A DNA stretch of 64,000 nucleotides, taken from the NCBI GenBank assembly GCA_965237955.1, contig OZ250169.1, forward strand, positions 3,872,001 to 3,936,000. Direction: 5' to 3'. Shown piece by piece: positions 20,632 through 31,065 of this stretch (position 1 is its first letter; the number at the start of each line of letters is the position of its first letter). The position numbers and the translations under genes are program-made. The stretch is from Candidatus Marinacidobacterales bacterium (GTDB lineage Bacteria; Acidobacteriota; Vicinamibacteria; Marinacidobacterales; SMYC01). The notes below the pieces were generated by a model. The model was not told where the DNA came from. It ran no database searches and saw only the letters and a program-made list of their open reading frames with translations.

Positions 20632-21056
20632 CTATCCGACCACCAAGCCCGACTCGAGAGTGAAGATGCGAAAGAGCTTCTCGAACCGTGGATCGCGTGG
20701 AAGCAGTCCCTCGTTGATGGCGAATATCTTGGTGAAGAAAGCAAAGGCGACCGACTGATAACCGATGAACACCGCCAGGGCAGCGTACAACAATGTATGT
20801 ACGTCGAAAGAAACCCCGGCGACCTCCCGAGGCCCCGGGAGTATCCACAGACCGACGCTCAGACCAGCCACCATGAGCAGCAAGCCGGGGTACAGGAAGA
20901 GCCACCGCGGACTATAGAGGAACAGGAAGCGCAAGTGGCGCCACCCGTCGCTCCAGGTTCGTAAATGGGGGCGGCGGCTGCGACCGTCGGGAAAAAGCGG
21001 TGTGGGAACTTCCGTGATACGCATTCCGAGCAGAGTCGCCTTGACCATCATCTCGG
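20632..21056 (-). pseudogene. Glycosyltransferase family 2 C-terminal fragment truncated by IS5
   Basis: EMMVKA...RITEVP..L.PDGR.R.PHLRTWSDGWRHLRFL. Confidence 0.8.
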
Positions 21057-22143
21057 TGCCTTGGTGCACAACTCCGATAGAGGCCGAGAGCTCGCTTGGC
21101 CCCGACTCCCATCATCCGATCATCTCGCTATCAGGCATCCCGAGCGCCGTCATCGTGTTGAGAATCTTGCACCCGATCCTTGCCTCGACTCTCTGTGCCG
21201 CCAACCCTCTCGCTCGCATCGCTGAGCCCACGATAGCCTTGTAGCGATGGAACGTTGTCTCGACTTTGCTCCGTTTGCTGTAGCCCGATTCTGTGTGCCA
21301 CTTTCGTTTGCCGAGCCGAGCTTGTGCTGCAATGTTGCGATTGCGCTGTCGGCTGCTCGCCGGCCCCGATGCGAGCTGGGCGCCCTTGCGCGGCGGTATC
21401 AGCACCCTCGGCGAGCAATGAGCGCTGTGATTCTCGATTGCCTCATAGACGCCGCCGGCGTCGTATGCGGTGTCAGCTCTGGCCGATGAGATGGGACTGT
21501 CGATCTGTCCGACAAGCGATGCAACCCGCGATGAATCGCGGGCTCTTTTGCTCGTCAGCTCGCCGGCGACGACTTCGCCACTCTGCTCGTCGACACACAG
21601 ATGGAGCTTGCGATAGTCCCTGCTCTTTGGTGCTCTGCGCAGCTGGCCGGCGTGGACAGCGAGACCGCTGCTGTCGATCAAGATGTGCAACGGCGTCTTC
21701 TGCTTGTCTTGGTAGAAGGGGACCTTACCCAGCTTCGCCTTGCGCCTCGAGATCGTGGTGTGATCGGGCACATCATTGTCTAGCTTCATCAGAGCGAACA
21801 ACGATCGCAGCAATCCCTCGCTCTGCCTAGATGACAGATGAAACACCATGCCCAGGGTGACAGCCGTCTCGATGGCGTGGTTCGAGTACTTGCGTTGACG
21901 GCCCGGTTTCCTCCTCCTCGGCCGGGGCGCGTCCCAGTTCACAAGCTTGCCGGCGGTGAGCGAGATCCAGACGGTCAGGCTCCCACGGTTGCGTAGACCC
22001 GCCTCATATTCACGCCAATTCCTCACGCGATAGGCCTTCTTCACATACTTCCGCTGAGTGCGTTTGAAAATGCTCATGGGGAACCTCGAATCCGTGAGTA
22101 AAGGACAATTGTGGACCGAGATCGCGAGTTGTGCACCAAGGCA
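21057..22143 (-). mobile_element. IS5 family (IS903-like) element copy 1; transposase 21112-22077
   Basis: 18-bp perfect TIR TGCCTTGGTGCACAACTC; NW.EY..L.NRGSLT.W, PDHTT, IDSSG, DTAYD, RSKVET; no TSD. Confidence 0.93.
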
Positions 22144-23154
22144 GAGTCCAGGCCGACCTCCGACGGCGAAGGACATCCGTGAACTCATTGTGCGCGTGGC
22201 GCGGGAGAACCCGACGTGGGGATATACGCGCCTGCGAGGCGCACTCAAGAACCTAGGACATGAACTCGGACGCAACACTATCAAGAGGATCCTCGCCGAG
22301 CACGGTATCGCGCCTGCGCCGGAGCGGGGCAGGAGCATGTCGTGGAGCACCTTCATCAAGGCTCATTGGGGTGCCATCGCTGCGACAGACCTGTTCACCG
22401 TCGAGGTGGTGAACCCGTTCGGGCTCGTCCGCTACCATGTCCTGTTTGTCATCGATATCGCCACTCGCTGCGTGTGCATCGGTGGGATAACGTCGGACCC
22501 CAACGGGGAGTGGATGAAGCAGGTGGCAAGAAACCTCACTGACATGTGGGATGGTTTCCTCCTTGGCAAGCGATACCTCATCCACGACCGGGACCCGCTA
22601 TTCACCGAGGCGGTACGTGGGCTGTTGAGAGATTCAGGCGTGAAGCCCCTTCGCCTTCCCGCTAATAGTCCGAATCTGAACGCATATGCGGAAAGATTCG
22701 TTCTCTCCATACGTCGAGAGTGTCTCGACCGCTTCGTACCTCTCAGTGAGCGACACCTGCGCACAGCGGTAACCGAATACGTAGTGCACTATCACACAGA
22801 ACGGAACCACCAAGGTCTCGGCAACGAGCTCCTCACACCTCTGCCGGCAAGCGCGAATGACGCTGGCCCCATCGTGTCGCGAGAGCGACTTGGGGGCATT
22901 CTCAACTACTACTGCCGTGACGCGTAGATGGTCGCCGGCGACGGTAGCCCCTCGGCGGGCTCGACCGGCGTAGCGTGGAAACCGCTTCAGGAACACGCTT
23001 CGATATTCGCTCTCGACTAGGTGGTCATCTGCATGGTGACGACCCGCCCGCCCAAGACGATTGTAAAGCCCACGGCCCTTGGCCCGGTCGCAAACACAGA
23101 CACTAAGTTGCTGATTTATGGCCTATTTCAAAGGGCCGAGTTTTGGCACAGGAC
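22144..23154 (+). mobile_element. Integrase-core (rve) transposase element, 5'-truncated by IS5; CDS ends at 22927
   Basis: [37 protein letters not shown]; terminus GAGTTTTGGCACAGGAC. Confidence 0.8.
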
Positions 23155-24221
23155 GGGGGATCGCTCATCTGGAACCTCGACGGCCTGCCCGTAAAGCAAC
23201 TCAGCGGTGATTTGCCCATCCCTCCGTGGGCGCGCTGCGCCGAGGGCCAGGGAGGCAAAGTTGGCGATTGGCAGACAGGCGGCCCGCAGGTCAGAGTTGA
23301 GTTCGTCTGCTCTGTCTACTGCTGACCAATGACATCCGGCGTCAGGCGGAAAGCACTATCGACGGTCGTGCGCGAATCATAACATCTGAGAGAGGCGACA
23401 TCTGGCCGGCTACGCCGCGGTAGCCTCGGCCTCGATTCTGGGCTTCTCGGGTGGCATCTTTTCCGCTGCCGCACGGCCCGGTCAACGCCTGCACCCCTAT
23501 TTGGCGCCAACTTGGCACTCGAAAATCGAGATTAGAGATGAATACCGGTGCTTGCGCTGTTTGCTGTTGGTGATGTGTCGTATCCCTTTGCAAAAAAAGC
23601 GCTTACGCTCCATTTAGCGCGCGGCGAAGGTCGCGAGCGCTATTTTGTCTGTAATTTAATGCAGCGTAAAGTCTTAGCGTCATCTCACCAACACTTAATG
23701 GCGGAAGCACCCGCAACAGCACCCAAAACTCGCGGTCGACATTCGAGAGCCGCAGCCGTTTCACCGAACGGCGGAGCACGGCGAGCTACTGGCGAAAAGC
23801 GACATTCTCGAGAGCCAGCTCGCGACGAGCCTTGAAGGCAGAGACGAGCGCGCGAACAAACGACGAAATCATGCCGGCATGGTCCCGGCAGACCGGAGAC
23901 TAATCAAGTTCGGTGCGCGCGGATGAATAAATAGAAGGCACAGCCATGACGGGACAGCATCGACCCGACTGAGATATCGGCTTGGAACTCGTGGCGGACG
24001 CCGCCACGTCGATGATGGTCTTTCTCTCTGGCGAGCCGAAGGGAAACGATTTGCGTGAAACCGGCTCCACTCCTCCGGCTTCAACCAGCCCTTGTCAGCA
24101 CCGAATGACTGAGATACAACGTGGTACTAACCGTGGGGTCAGGTCATTTGTGTGCCATGGCGGCATTCTTGCACACGTGAGCGTGGTTTGCCTATAGTGC
24201 TGTAGCGTGCTCCATACCGCG

Positions 24222-24354
24222 CTAGTCCCCTGTATCAGAACAAACTAGATAAAGCAGAGCTTGCCGGAACCCTTCTAAGTGCATGAATCTTATGAATATT
24301 ATGGGCTGGCGAAAAGCCTAACTTTGTATAGTAATCAAAGATCCAGGGGACTAG
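24222..24354 (-). mobile_element. MITE copy 2 (inverted), directly upstream of an RBS
   Basis: Reverse complement of copies 1 and 3 with 1-2 substitutions; CTAG on both sides. Confidence 0.93.
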
Positions 24355-24369
24355 GAGGAAAACATCTAA

Positions 24370-25086
24370 ATGAGCAAAGATAACTGGAGTGATCTTGCGT
24401 CGGCGCTCAACTCCAAGCTAAAACTGCAAGCCACACCTATTGCCATCACTTTTTCCAACGACTTCCAAGGAGTTCCGCCATTCGAGGGACCGACCCCGGC
24501 GCCGATGCCCGATGGGCGGACTGGCAAGGTCCCTGCGGGCTGCGTTTTCTGGATGAAGGCAACGGACCGTACGTTCAGCACCGTCGCCGAAGATCACGGC
24601 AATTGCAGTGTCGGAAGCTTGACGCACGGCCTCAAGACAATGGACGAAGTAGCCGGCAATAGCGACGTGGCTGCGCTCCTAGATAGCGGATGGGTCACGA
24701 TGGATGTCGTCCCGCAAATCCCGGTGGTTAAGACCAAGTACCGCTACATTACCTATGGACCGCTCGTGGAGAGCTCGGATCCGGACGTGGTCGTCGTTCG
24801 CCTCAACGCAACACAACTTATGGTCCTTCATGACGCAATCCCCGGTCTTCGCTTCGAGGGAAAACCCCAGTGTCACATCGTCGCCATCGCCAAGGAGCAA
24901 GGTGAAATCGCGGCCAGTGTCGGGTGCATGCTAAGCCGGATCCGTACAGGGATGTCACCCAGCGAAGTGACGTGCGCGATCCCGGCCTCCAAGCTGGGCG
25001 ACGTCATCGAGGCGCTCGATTCCACTTGCGTGGCGGACGGCAAGGTGGCGACGTACGCTGCAGAAGATGGAAAGCGATTCGCCTAG
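24370..25086 (+). CDS. DUF169 domain-containing protein
   Basis: PIAI.F, GCVFW, DH.NCSVG, PDVV, PQC, SVGC..SR..TG. Confidence 0.8.
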   Translation: MSKDNWSDLASALNSKLKLQATPIAITFSNDFQGVPPFEGPTPAPMPDGRTGKVPAGCVFWMKATDRTFSTVAEDHGNCSVGSLTHGLKTMDEVAGNSDVAALLDSGWVTMDVVPQIPVVKTKYRYITYGPLVESSDPDVVVVRLNATQLMVLHDAIPGLRFEGKPQCHIVAIAKEQGEIAASVGCMLSRIRTGMSPSEVTCAIPASKLGDVIEALDSTCVADGKVATYAAEDGKRFA

Positions 25087-25292
25087 GACCCTAAGTCGGT
25101 CAAACCCCGTGAGGTCAAAATACTCATGTGCGTCGTGTCCAAAAATACAAACGAACTCAAGACCGGCTTGCCGGGACGTTTCGGAATAGACGTGTCTACG
25201 CTTGGTTCGCAGCACTTGAATGACCGGGTTGATTTCTCCGGGATTGCAGGCTAGCGTAATCTCTAAACAGACAGCGAGGAGAGGAGAGACAA

Positions 25293-25814
25293 ATGCAGCC
25301 ACTTTACGATCCCGAGGGTGTTCGGCCCATGTGGGAGGAGCTTGCCCAATGCGGGGTCGAGCCCGTGCAAACAAGAGAGAACGTCGACGAGGCCTTGAAG
25401 AGGCCTGGGACAACGCTCGTGGTGGTGAACTCGGTTTGTGGATGTGCTGCCGGCTCGGCACGCCCGGGTGTGACTCGCGCCCTGCAACACAGCACAATTC
25501 CCGATCACCTCACGACGGTCTTCGCCGGCGTGGACCGTGAGGCCACGGAGCGCGCCAGAGAGCACATGGTCGGCGTTGCTCCGAGCTCACCTTCGGTGGC
25601 CCTTTTCAAAGACGGCGAGCTCGTGCACATGCTTGAGCGACGGCATATAGAGATGATGAACGACGAGATGGTGGCGCAGAACCTGACCGAGGCTTTCGAC
25701 AAGTACTGCTCTCGACAGGGACCGTCCGTCCTCAGAGAAGAGTACGAGAAGGTGGTGCACGCCCGGCAGTGTGGCTCCTCGGTGCCGCTGTTCGATCCCC
25801 TCTCAAACCACTAG
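25293..25814 (+). CDS. BrxA/BrxB family bacilliredoxin
   Basis: VNSVCGCAAGSARP, TVFAGVD.EAT..AR, PSSPS.ALFKDG, ERRHIE. Confidence 0.9.
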   Translation: MQPLYDPEGVRPMWEELAQCGVEPVQTRENVDEALKRPGTTLVVVNSVCGCAAGSARPGVTRALQHSTIPDHLTTVFAGVDREATERAREHMVGVAPSSPSVALFKDGELVHMLERRHIEMMNDEMVAQNLTEAFDKYCSRQGPSVLREEYEKVVHARQCGSSVPLFDPLSNH

Positions 25815-26067
25815 CAGGCGCTCTTCTCCCAGGCAAAGTCCAGTCCAGTTCCAAGGGCGCTTGAACCCAGGGAGCGTTGTTCTCTCTCAAGCTGGCCTCG
25901 GATGGTCTTGCAGACTCTAACCAGCTTGTCAAAGACGTCCAGTCCGAAGGGCCGGAAGGCGACATCTGTCTTTTCCGTGAGGTAAACGGCGGCGCACTGG
26001 CTGTCGAACACGCTCACGCGGTGCGTATTCCAGCCATCGTGAACGCCGAATCCAGAGCAAGCTGAAC
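25811..26067 (-). pseudogene. Internal fragment of a large AAA-family ATPase
   Basis: VSVFDSQCA.VYL..KTDVAFRPFGLDVFDKL. Confidence 0.55.
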
Positions 26068-26433
26068 AGCGAATCCGGTGAAGCCGAACGCTCATCGAAG
26101 CGATGAAGTGTTGGGTGACCTCCTTCCCACTGATTGAAAACGTGAACCTATCTTACCTGCGTGTTGTGTAGCAAGGGGCGGCAGGTCGGTGCCGGAGGGA
26201 GCGGGCGTAAGGAAAGACGCGAAGCGACCTTCCCGCTCCCGTAGGCAGCGACCTGCCGCGGCCGAACCCCGGGCGATGTGGGGCTGGTTTCGGGGGGTTG
26301 CTGGGGTATGGCCTGGCTCGAGAAGACGCTTCCTGAGGCATTCTCGCGCGTCGTTTTGGCGCCGCATCGTCTGGCCCCGGGTTTGGCGGTTTCACCCGTT
26401 TTTATCGCATCGACGCTGTGGTCCCTCGCTCGC

Positions 26434-27192
26434 TCATGCATCGGCGTTGTCAAATGCCTTTGGCGCAGCCTTGGTCTTTCTCAGAGAAGCTCCTTTGAGA
26501 GTGATGCGGTGCGCGCTGTGGAGAATGCGATCGCAGATAGCGTCTGCCTGGTTTGGGTCGCCAATCGCTTCGTGCCACTGCTTGAGCGGAATCTGGGTCG
26601 CGATGAGTGTGGAGCCACGCTCGGCGCGGTCTTCGATGACCTCCATTAGATCCCGTCTCTCCGATTCTTTCAGCGGGTGAAGCAGCCAATCATCGATAGC
26701 CAGTAAGTCCAGCTTGGCGAGTTTCGTCAAAAGCCGGGCGTAGGAACCATCACCACGAGCGACCGCGAGCTCGTGGAGCAAGCGCGGTGCTCGCACGTAG
26801 CATCCGGTGAAGCCGCGACGACAGGCCCGCTCCACGAAGGCGCAAGCCAAGAACGATTTGCCAATCCCCGTCGGGCCGGTGATGAGCAGGTTATGGCGCT
26901 CACCGACAAAGCGGCAGTTGCCCAGGCTCAAGATCTGTTCGCGGTTTAAGCCTCGAGGCGCTTGGAAGTTCACGTTCTCCAAACATGCCGGATAGCGGAG
27001 CTTTGCCGCTCGCAGTCGTCGAGAAAGCTTACGCTGTTCGCGGGCGGTCCACTCGGCATCGACCAGGAGTCCCACACGTTCCTCGAAGCTCAGCTCCTTG
27101 TATTCGCTCGAGCTCAACTGGGTTTCGAACGCGGACACCAAGCCGAACAACTTCATGGCGTTCATCTTTTCTATCGTTTCGGGTGTCAGCAT
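26434..27192 (-). CDS. istB: IS21 helper ATPase
   Basis: GPTGIGKS, LLAIDDW, ADAICDRI. Confidence 0.95.
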   Translation of the reverse strand: MLTPETIEKMNAMKLFGLVSAFETQLSSSEYKELSFEERVGLLVDAEWTAREQRKLSRRLRAAKLRYPACLENVNFQAPRGLNREQILSLGNCRFVGERHNLLITGPTGIGKSFLACAFVERACRRGFTGCYVRAPRLLHELAVARGDGSYARLLTKLAKLDLLAIDDWLLHPLKESERRDLMEVIEDRAERGSTLIATQIPLKQWHEAIGDPNQADAICDRILHSAHRITLKGASLRKTKAAPKAFDNADA

Positions 27193-28742
27193 CGGGACTC
27201 TCCTCCTTCGTAGTGATCCGCGCCTCGGATGTTCTCGTGCTCCTCTCGCGGTTTCGCTTCGGCGTCCGATTCGAGCACCACACGATCCAGACCAGCCGAG
27301 AGAATGTTTTTCACCGTGCGATAGCTGTAAGAGCTCAAAGCTTCCGCTCGTGCGCAAGCGGCCTCGAGACGCTCACTGCCCCAGCGGCTGCCTAGTCGCA
27401 TGACTCCCAGGCAAGAGCGAAATCCCTGCTCCGGGTGAGGCCGACTCTCTAGAATCCCCGCAACCAGCCTTCCCGTGGCGCGACCTGACTGCTCCGCCCA
27501 GTGGAGCAGCCGCGACGGCGTCCACTCCAGGTGCTCCCGATGCGAACGTGGCATATGCTCCGGGTTCGTGGAGTAGTGCCCCTTTCCTTTCTTGCGGGGA
27601 TGCGACGCGACGCGCTTTCCCTTGAACAGGACCTCCACCACCGAGGCCGTCACCCGTGCCTCGACTTTCTCGTGAATGAGCTGATAGGGAACGCTGTACA
27701 AGTTGTTCTCCACCTCCACGTGGTAGTCGATGTTCACTCTGCACCGCTTCCACGTCGATAACTCGTAGCTCTCCTGCGGTAGCGGTTTCAGTACGGGCCG
27801 GTCTAGCCTTTCGTACAACTCCCGCCGACTCACACCGAGCTTCTGCATCGGACGCGCATTCAGGACCTCTAACTTCTCCCAGATGGCTTCGTTCAGTTCC
27901 GCCAGGCTGAAGAACGTGCGATGACGAAGCACCGCCAGGATCCAGCGCTGCGCCACCTGCACTGCCGACTCCACCTTCGCTTTGTCTTTCGGCTTGAACA
28001 CCCGAGCCGGGACCACAACCGCACCGTAATGCGTCGCCAGCTCTTCGTACGTCCGGTTGATCCCTGGCTCGTAACGGTCCACCAAATCCACGCCGCTCTT
28101 CAAGTTGTCCGGAACCCAGATCTCCGTACTGCCACCGAAGTAATCCGACATCCCCTTATGGGCCTTCGCCCACGATTCCAGCGACTGGTTCAGTGTCGCT
28201 TCGACGTAGGTGTAACTGCTCGCGCCCAACGTCCCGACGAACAGCTCCATTTCGACGAGCTCTCCCGTTTTCGGATCGACGATGTGAGGCTTCTTCCCCG
28301 AAAAATCGACGAATGTCTTCTCGCCTGCTCGATGCCGTTGACGCATCGTCGGGTTCAGCTTCTTCTTCCACTGACCGTACAGCTCGCAATAACGGCTGTA
28401 GCCGTACGCTCCCGGCTTATTCTCCGCGTACTCCACCCACAGCTGCAGCAACGTCAGCTCTCGGTGACGCCTCAGCTCCTCGTGGATGTGGGCATAGTCC
28501 AGACCCGGCCGTGCGCCAGACGAGCCCGGCGGCGGAAACAGCCCTGCCTCCAGCTCCCCGTCGCTCAGCTCCTCCGGGAGCGGCCAGCTCAGACCACCCT
28601 TCTTCGCCTTGGCCAGGTACTCACTCACCGTTCCAACCGCCACGCGAAGTGCCTTTGCGATCATGCGGTGAGTAAAACCCAGCTCGTACTTTAACCTTAG
28701 AACCTCTCGTATTTTTCTCATCGATAACCTCTTAGCTGCCAT
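27186..28742 (-). CDS. istA: IS21 transposase
   Basis: MRKIREVLRL, FVDFSG, VPDNLK, PKDKAKVE, DYHV, HENIRG. Confidence 0.95.
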   Translation of the reverse strand: MAAKRLSMRKIREVLRLKYELGFTHRMIAKALRVAVGTVSEYLAKAKKGGLSWPLPEELSDGELEAGLFPPPGSSGARPGLDYAHIHEELRRHRELTLLQLWVEYAENKPGAYGYSRYCELYGQWKKKLNPTMRQRHRAGEKTFVDFSGKKPHIVDPKTGELVEMELFVGTLGASSYTYVEATLNQSLESWAKAHKGMSDYFGGSTEIWVPDNLKSGVDLVDRYEPGINRTYEELATHYGAVVVPARVFKPKDKAKVESAVQVAQRWILAVLRHRTFFSLAELNEAIWEKLEVLNARPMQKLGVSRRELYERLDRPVLKPLPQESYELSTWKRCRVNIDYHVEVENNLYSVPYQLIHEKVEARVTASVVEVLFKGKRVASHPRKKGKGHYSTNPEHMPRSHREHLEWTPSRLLHWAEQSGRATGRLVAGILESRPHPEQGFRSCLGVMRLGSRWGSERLEAACARAEALSSYSYRTVKNILSAGLDRVVLESDAEAKPREEHENIRGADHYEGGESRC

Positions 28743-28802
28743 TTCCTAGATCGTCCTCCTTCCGGGTACGACCTAGAGTTGCCTTGAAACGTGCTATCGA
28801 TG

Positions 28803-28962
28803 AGCGTTCGCGATGCCGGAACCGGCGTTCACGTTGCCTGGAATCCGTGTTCACCTTCCCCGGAATCGATGTTCACGATCCCCGGAATCCGTGTTCACGA
28901 TGCTTTGGAATGGATGTTCACCTTCGGCTGGAATCTGCGTTCACGATGCCCCGGAATACGCA
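28803..28962. repeat. Seven 21-23-bp tandem subterminal repeats of the IS21 end
   Basis: GTTC(A/G)C cores at 28806, 28827, 28849, 28871, 28893, 28916, 28939 with GGAA(T/C) between them. Confidence 0.85.
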
Positions 28963-29353
28963 GCCGCGGAGCAAAGAGCGTCTTACGCCCGCGAAACTTT
29001 CGGTAAACAGGGAGCACTTGTTTATGGAGAGCATTTAGGACCTCGGGCTCAACGCCGCTGGCTGCTTCAAGGAATCTGCGACGCGCGAATAGGAGGTTCT
29101 TCTTTGTTATGGTAGTAATCTCCACGCGCCACATTGGGTAGGTAGTTGCTGCTTATTGCCCCGTTTGTGTGCCGATTGTGTGCCAAGTCAGCCTCGCTTA
29201 CCGAAACTCAAACTATCTCATCAATAGTACTCCAAGGCTGAAGATGATGCCTGACAATGTGTTACGGCACTCAGGCCAACTCGGACGAACTCAGGGGGCA
29301 AGCTGTAAGGGATTCGTAATCAGCATGCCACTCAAGTGGCCAACGTCCAGGGG

Positions 29354-30630
29354 TGTTAGCGGCGGGCGTAAATTGCACACTTATGGCGGACGAAAATTGC
29401 ACACTCGGCCATCCGTAAAAGGAGGCCGTTGTCGTGTGTCTGGAGTGCCAGACATGACGGCGCGCCTTCAATCAGAATGGCGTTTCCGGAGTGGAGGCGC
29501 CGATGTACGGAAGGGAGAAACGAGTGTTACTACGAGAGTATTTGGAGCAGGGAATCAAGAAGGTCGGCGCTAGCAGACAAGCTAGGAATCAGCCGCCGAA
29601 CGGTCCACCACTGGATAAAGACGGGTCAACTGGACCGAGAGTTGGACGAGGAAACGGTGCGCTACAAGAAGCGTCCGCGGATCGAGCGCAGGATCGACCC
29701 GTACCGGGAGATCCTTCATTCGCGCCTGCACGAGTTCCCGGAGCTGAGTTCAGTACGCCTGCATGATGAGATCCGTGCCGCGGGCTATGAAGGCGGCTAC
29801 ACGCAGGTCAAGGAGTACGTGCGGCAGATTCGCCCACAGCCACCGGCGGAGCCGCTGGTGCGTTTCGAGACCCCACCAGGCCACCAAGCTCAGGTCGATT
29901 TTGCACACTTTCGTTTGCCATGGGGTCGTCGGTGGGCACTTCTCGTGGTGCTCGGATACTCGAGGCTGCTATGGCTTCGGTTTTTCAAGCGACAGGACAT
30001 GCGGACGTTGTTCGCGGGGCTTGAGCAGGCCTTCCTATTTTTTGGAGGAGTTCCCAAAGAGCTCCTTTTTGACCAGATGCGTTCGGTCATCGTCGAGGAT
30101 CACCGCCGGGAAGGTGGCCCTCTCGTTGAGAACCCAGAGTTCGTCCGCTTCGCCCACCACTGGGAGTTTCGAACAAGAGCGTGTCGCCCGTATCGGGCGA
30201 AGACCAAGGGCAAAGTGGAAAGGCCAATCCGCTATGTGAGAGGAAGCTTCTTCTACGGTCGCCACTTTATCAACGATGACGACCTCGATGCTCAGCTCGA
30301 GCGTTGGCTGAGTGACGTCGCCAACGTCCGACTCCATCGCACAACCAACGAACGACCGATAGAACGATTCGCGCGCGATGAAAGGGCCACTCTGAGACCG
30401 CTCGTTGAGCGGCCATATCGCTCTCTTGTACTGCCAAACCAACCCGCGAGAAGAACTCCAAAAGCCTGCTTAACCACACTGCCTTCGATGGATGTCGAGC
30501 ATCGTCCCCTCGAAGTCTACACGCGGCTCGTTGGAGGTGGACAATGAAGGCGAGCACAATATCGCGACGTGAGCAGATCCGTACGATGCTGGCCGACCTA
30601 AAGATGCCTGGCGCGCTCGAAGCTGTCCGG
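29354..30630 (+). mobile_element. Second IS21 element: frameshifted istA (29503-30547), istB truncated after ~28 codons
   Basis: TGT terminus with AAATTGCACACT x2; RFETPPG.QAQVDF, DQMRS, TKGKVER; LKMPGALEAV then breaks off. Confidence 0.88.
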
Positions 30631-30688
30631 CTAAATCTCATAGGAAATACACGGAGGCGACGGCGTCATAGGGTTCGCCACCCATGGC

Positions 30689-30906
30689 TCGGGGTCTACT
30701 CCCATGAATGCGCAGTTTTCGGCCGGCGTTGACAAGGGGGAGCGCGTCTCCAAAACGTCTCCAAAACTGGGGAGGACTCCAGAGGACTCAGGAGGACTGG
30801 AGAGGACTCGGTTTGGTGCTGAAGGCCTTGACGCTGAACCACTTAGTGACGAAAGTCGCGCGCCATCAGTTAGTTGAGAAATCAGCCGCATCGGGGTCTA
30901 CTCCCA
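30689..30906. repeat. 16-bp direct repeats flanking an att-arm-like segment
   Basis: TCGGGGTCTACTCCCA at 30689 and 30891; internal GTCTCCAAAAC x2 and GAGGACT x4. Confidence 0.7.
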
Positions 30907-30909
30907 CCA

Positions 30910-31045
30910 CGTCAACACCGACACCGTTGCCCGGTGGAATCGGGATCGATTCCGACGGTACCTGGACTCGGATCTCCCGCAGGCGCTTTCCAGGCCGGCC
31001 GCGGATTGATGCCGAGATTCGTCGGCTCATCCGGGATGTCACTGG
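30910..31045 (+). pseudogene. Relic of an integrase-core transposase N-terminus
   Basis: WTRISRRRFPGRPRIDAEIRRLIR. Confidence 0.55.
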
Positions 31046-31065
31046 GCGTGCCATGTGTTTCCCCA

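Larger units (their letters stand above)
26068..28962 (-). mobile_element. IS21 family element (istA-istB)
   Basis: TGCGTATTCC terminus at 28962; degenerate opposite end AGCGAATCCGGTGAAGCCGAAC near 26068. Confidence 0.88.

Noticed and set aside
21112-22359. 415-aa ORF as an extended IS5 transposase
   Set aside because: The extension reads through the TIR into the antisense of the rve gene; copy 2 shows the true 321-aa protein
23160-24200. Short ORFs as real genes
   Set aside because: No motifs or convincing RBS; region looks like decayed element ends
28803-28962. Seven ~22-bp repeats as a CRISPR or TIGR-like array
   Set aside because: No unique spacers, no cas genes, and the run ends at the IS21 terminus, so these are transposase-binding repeats
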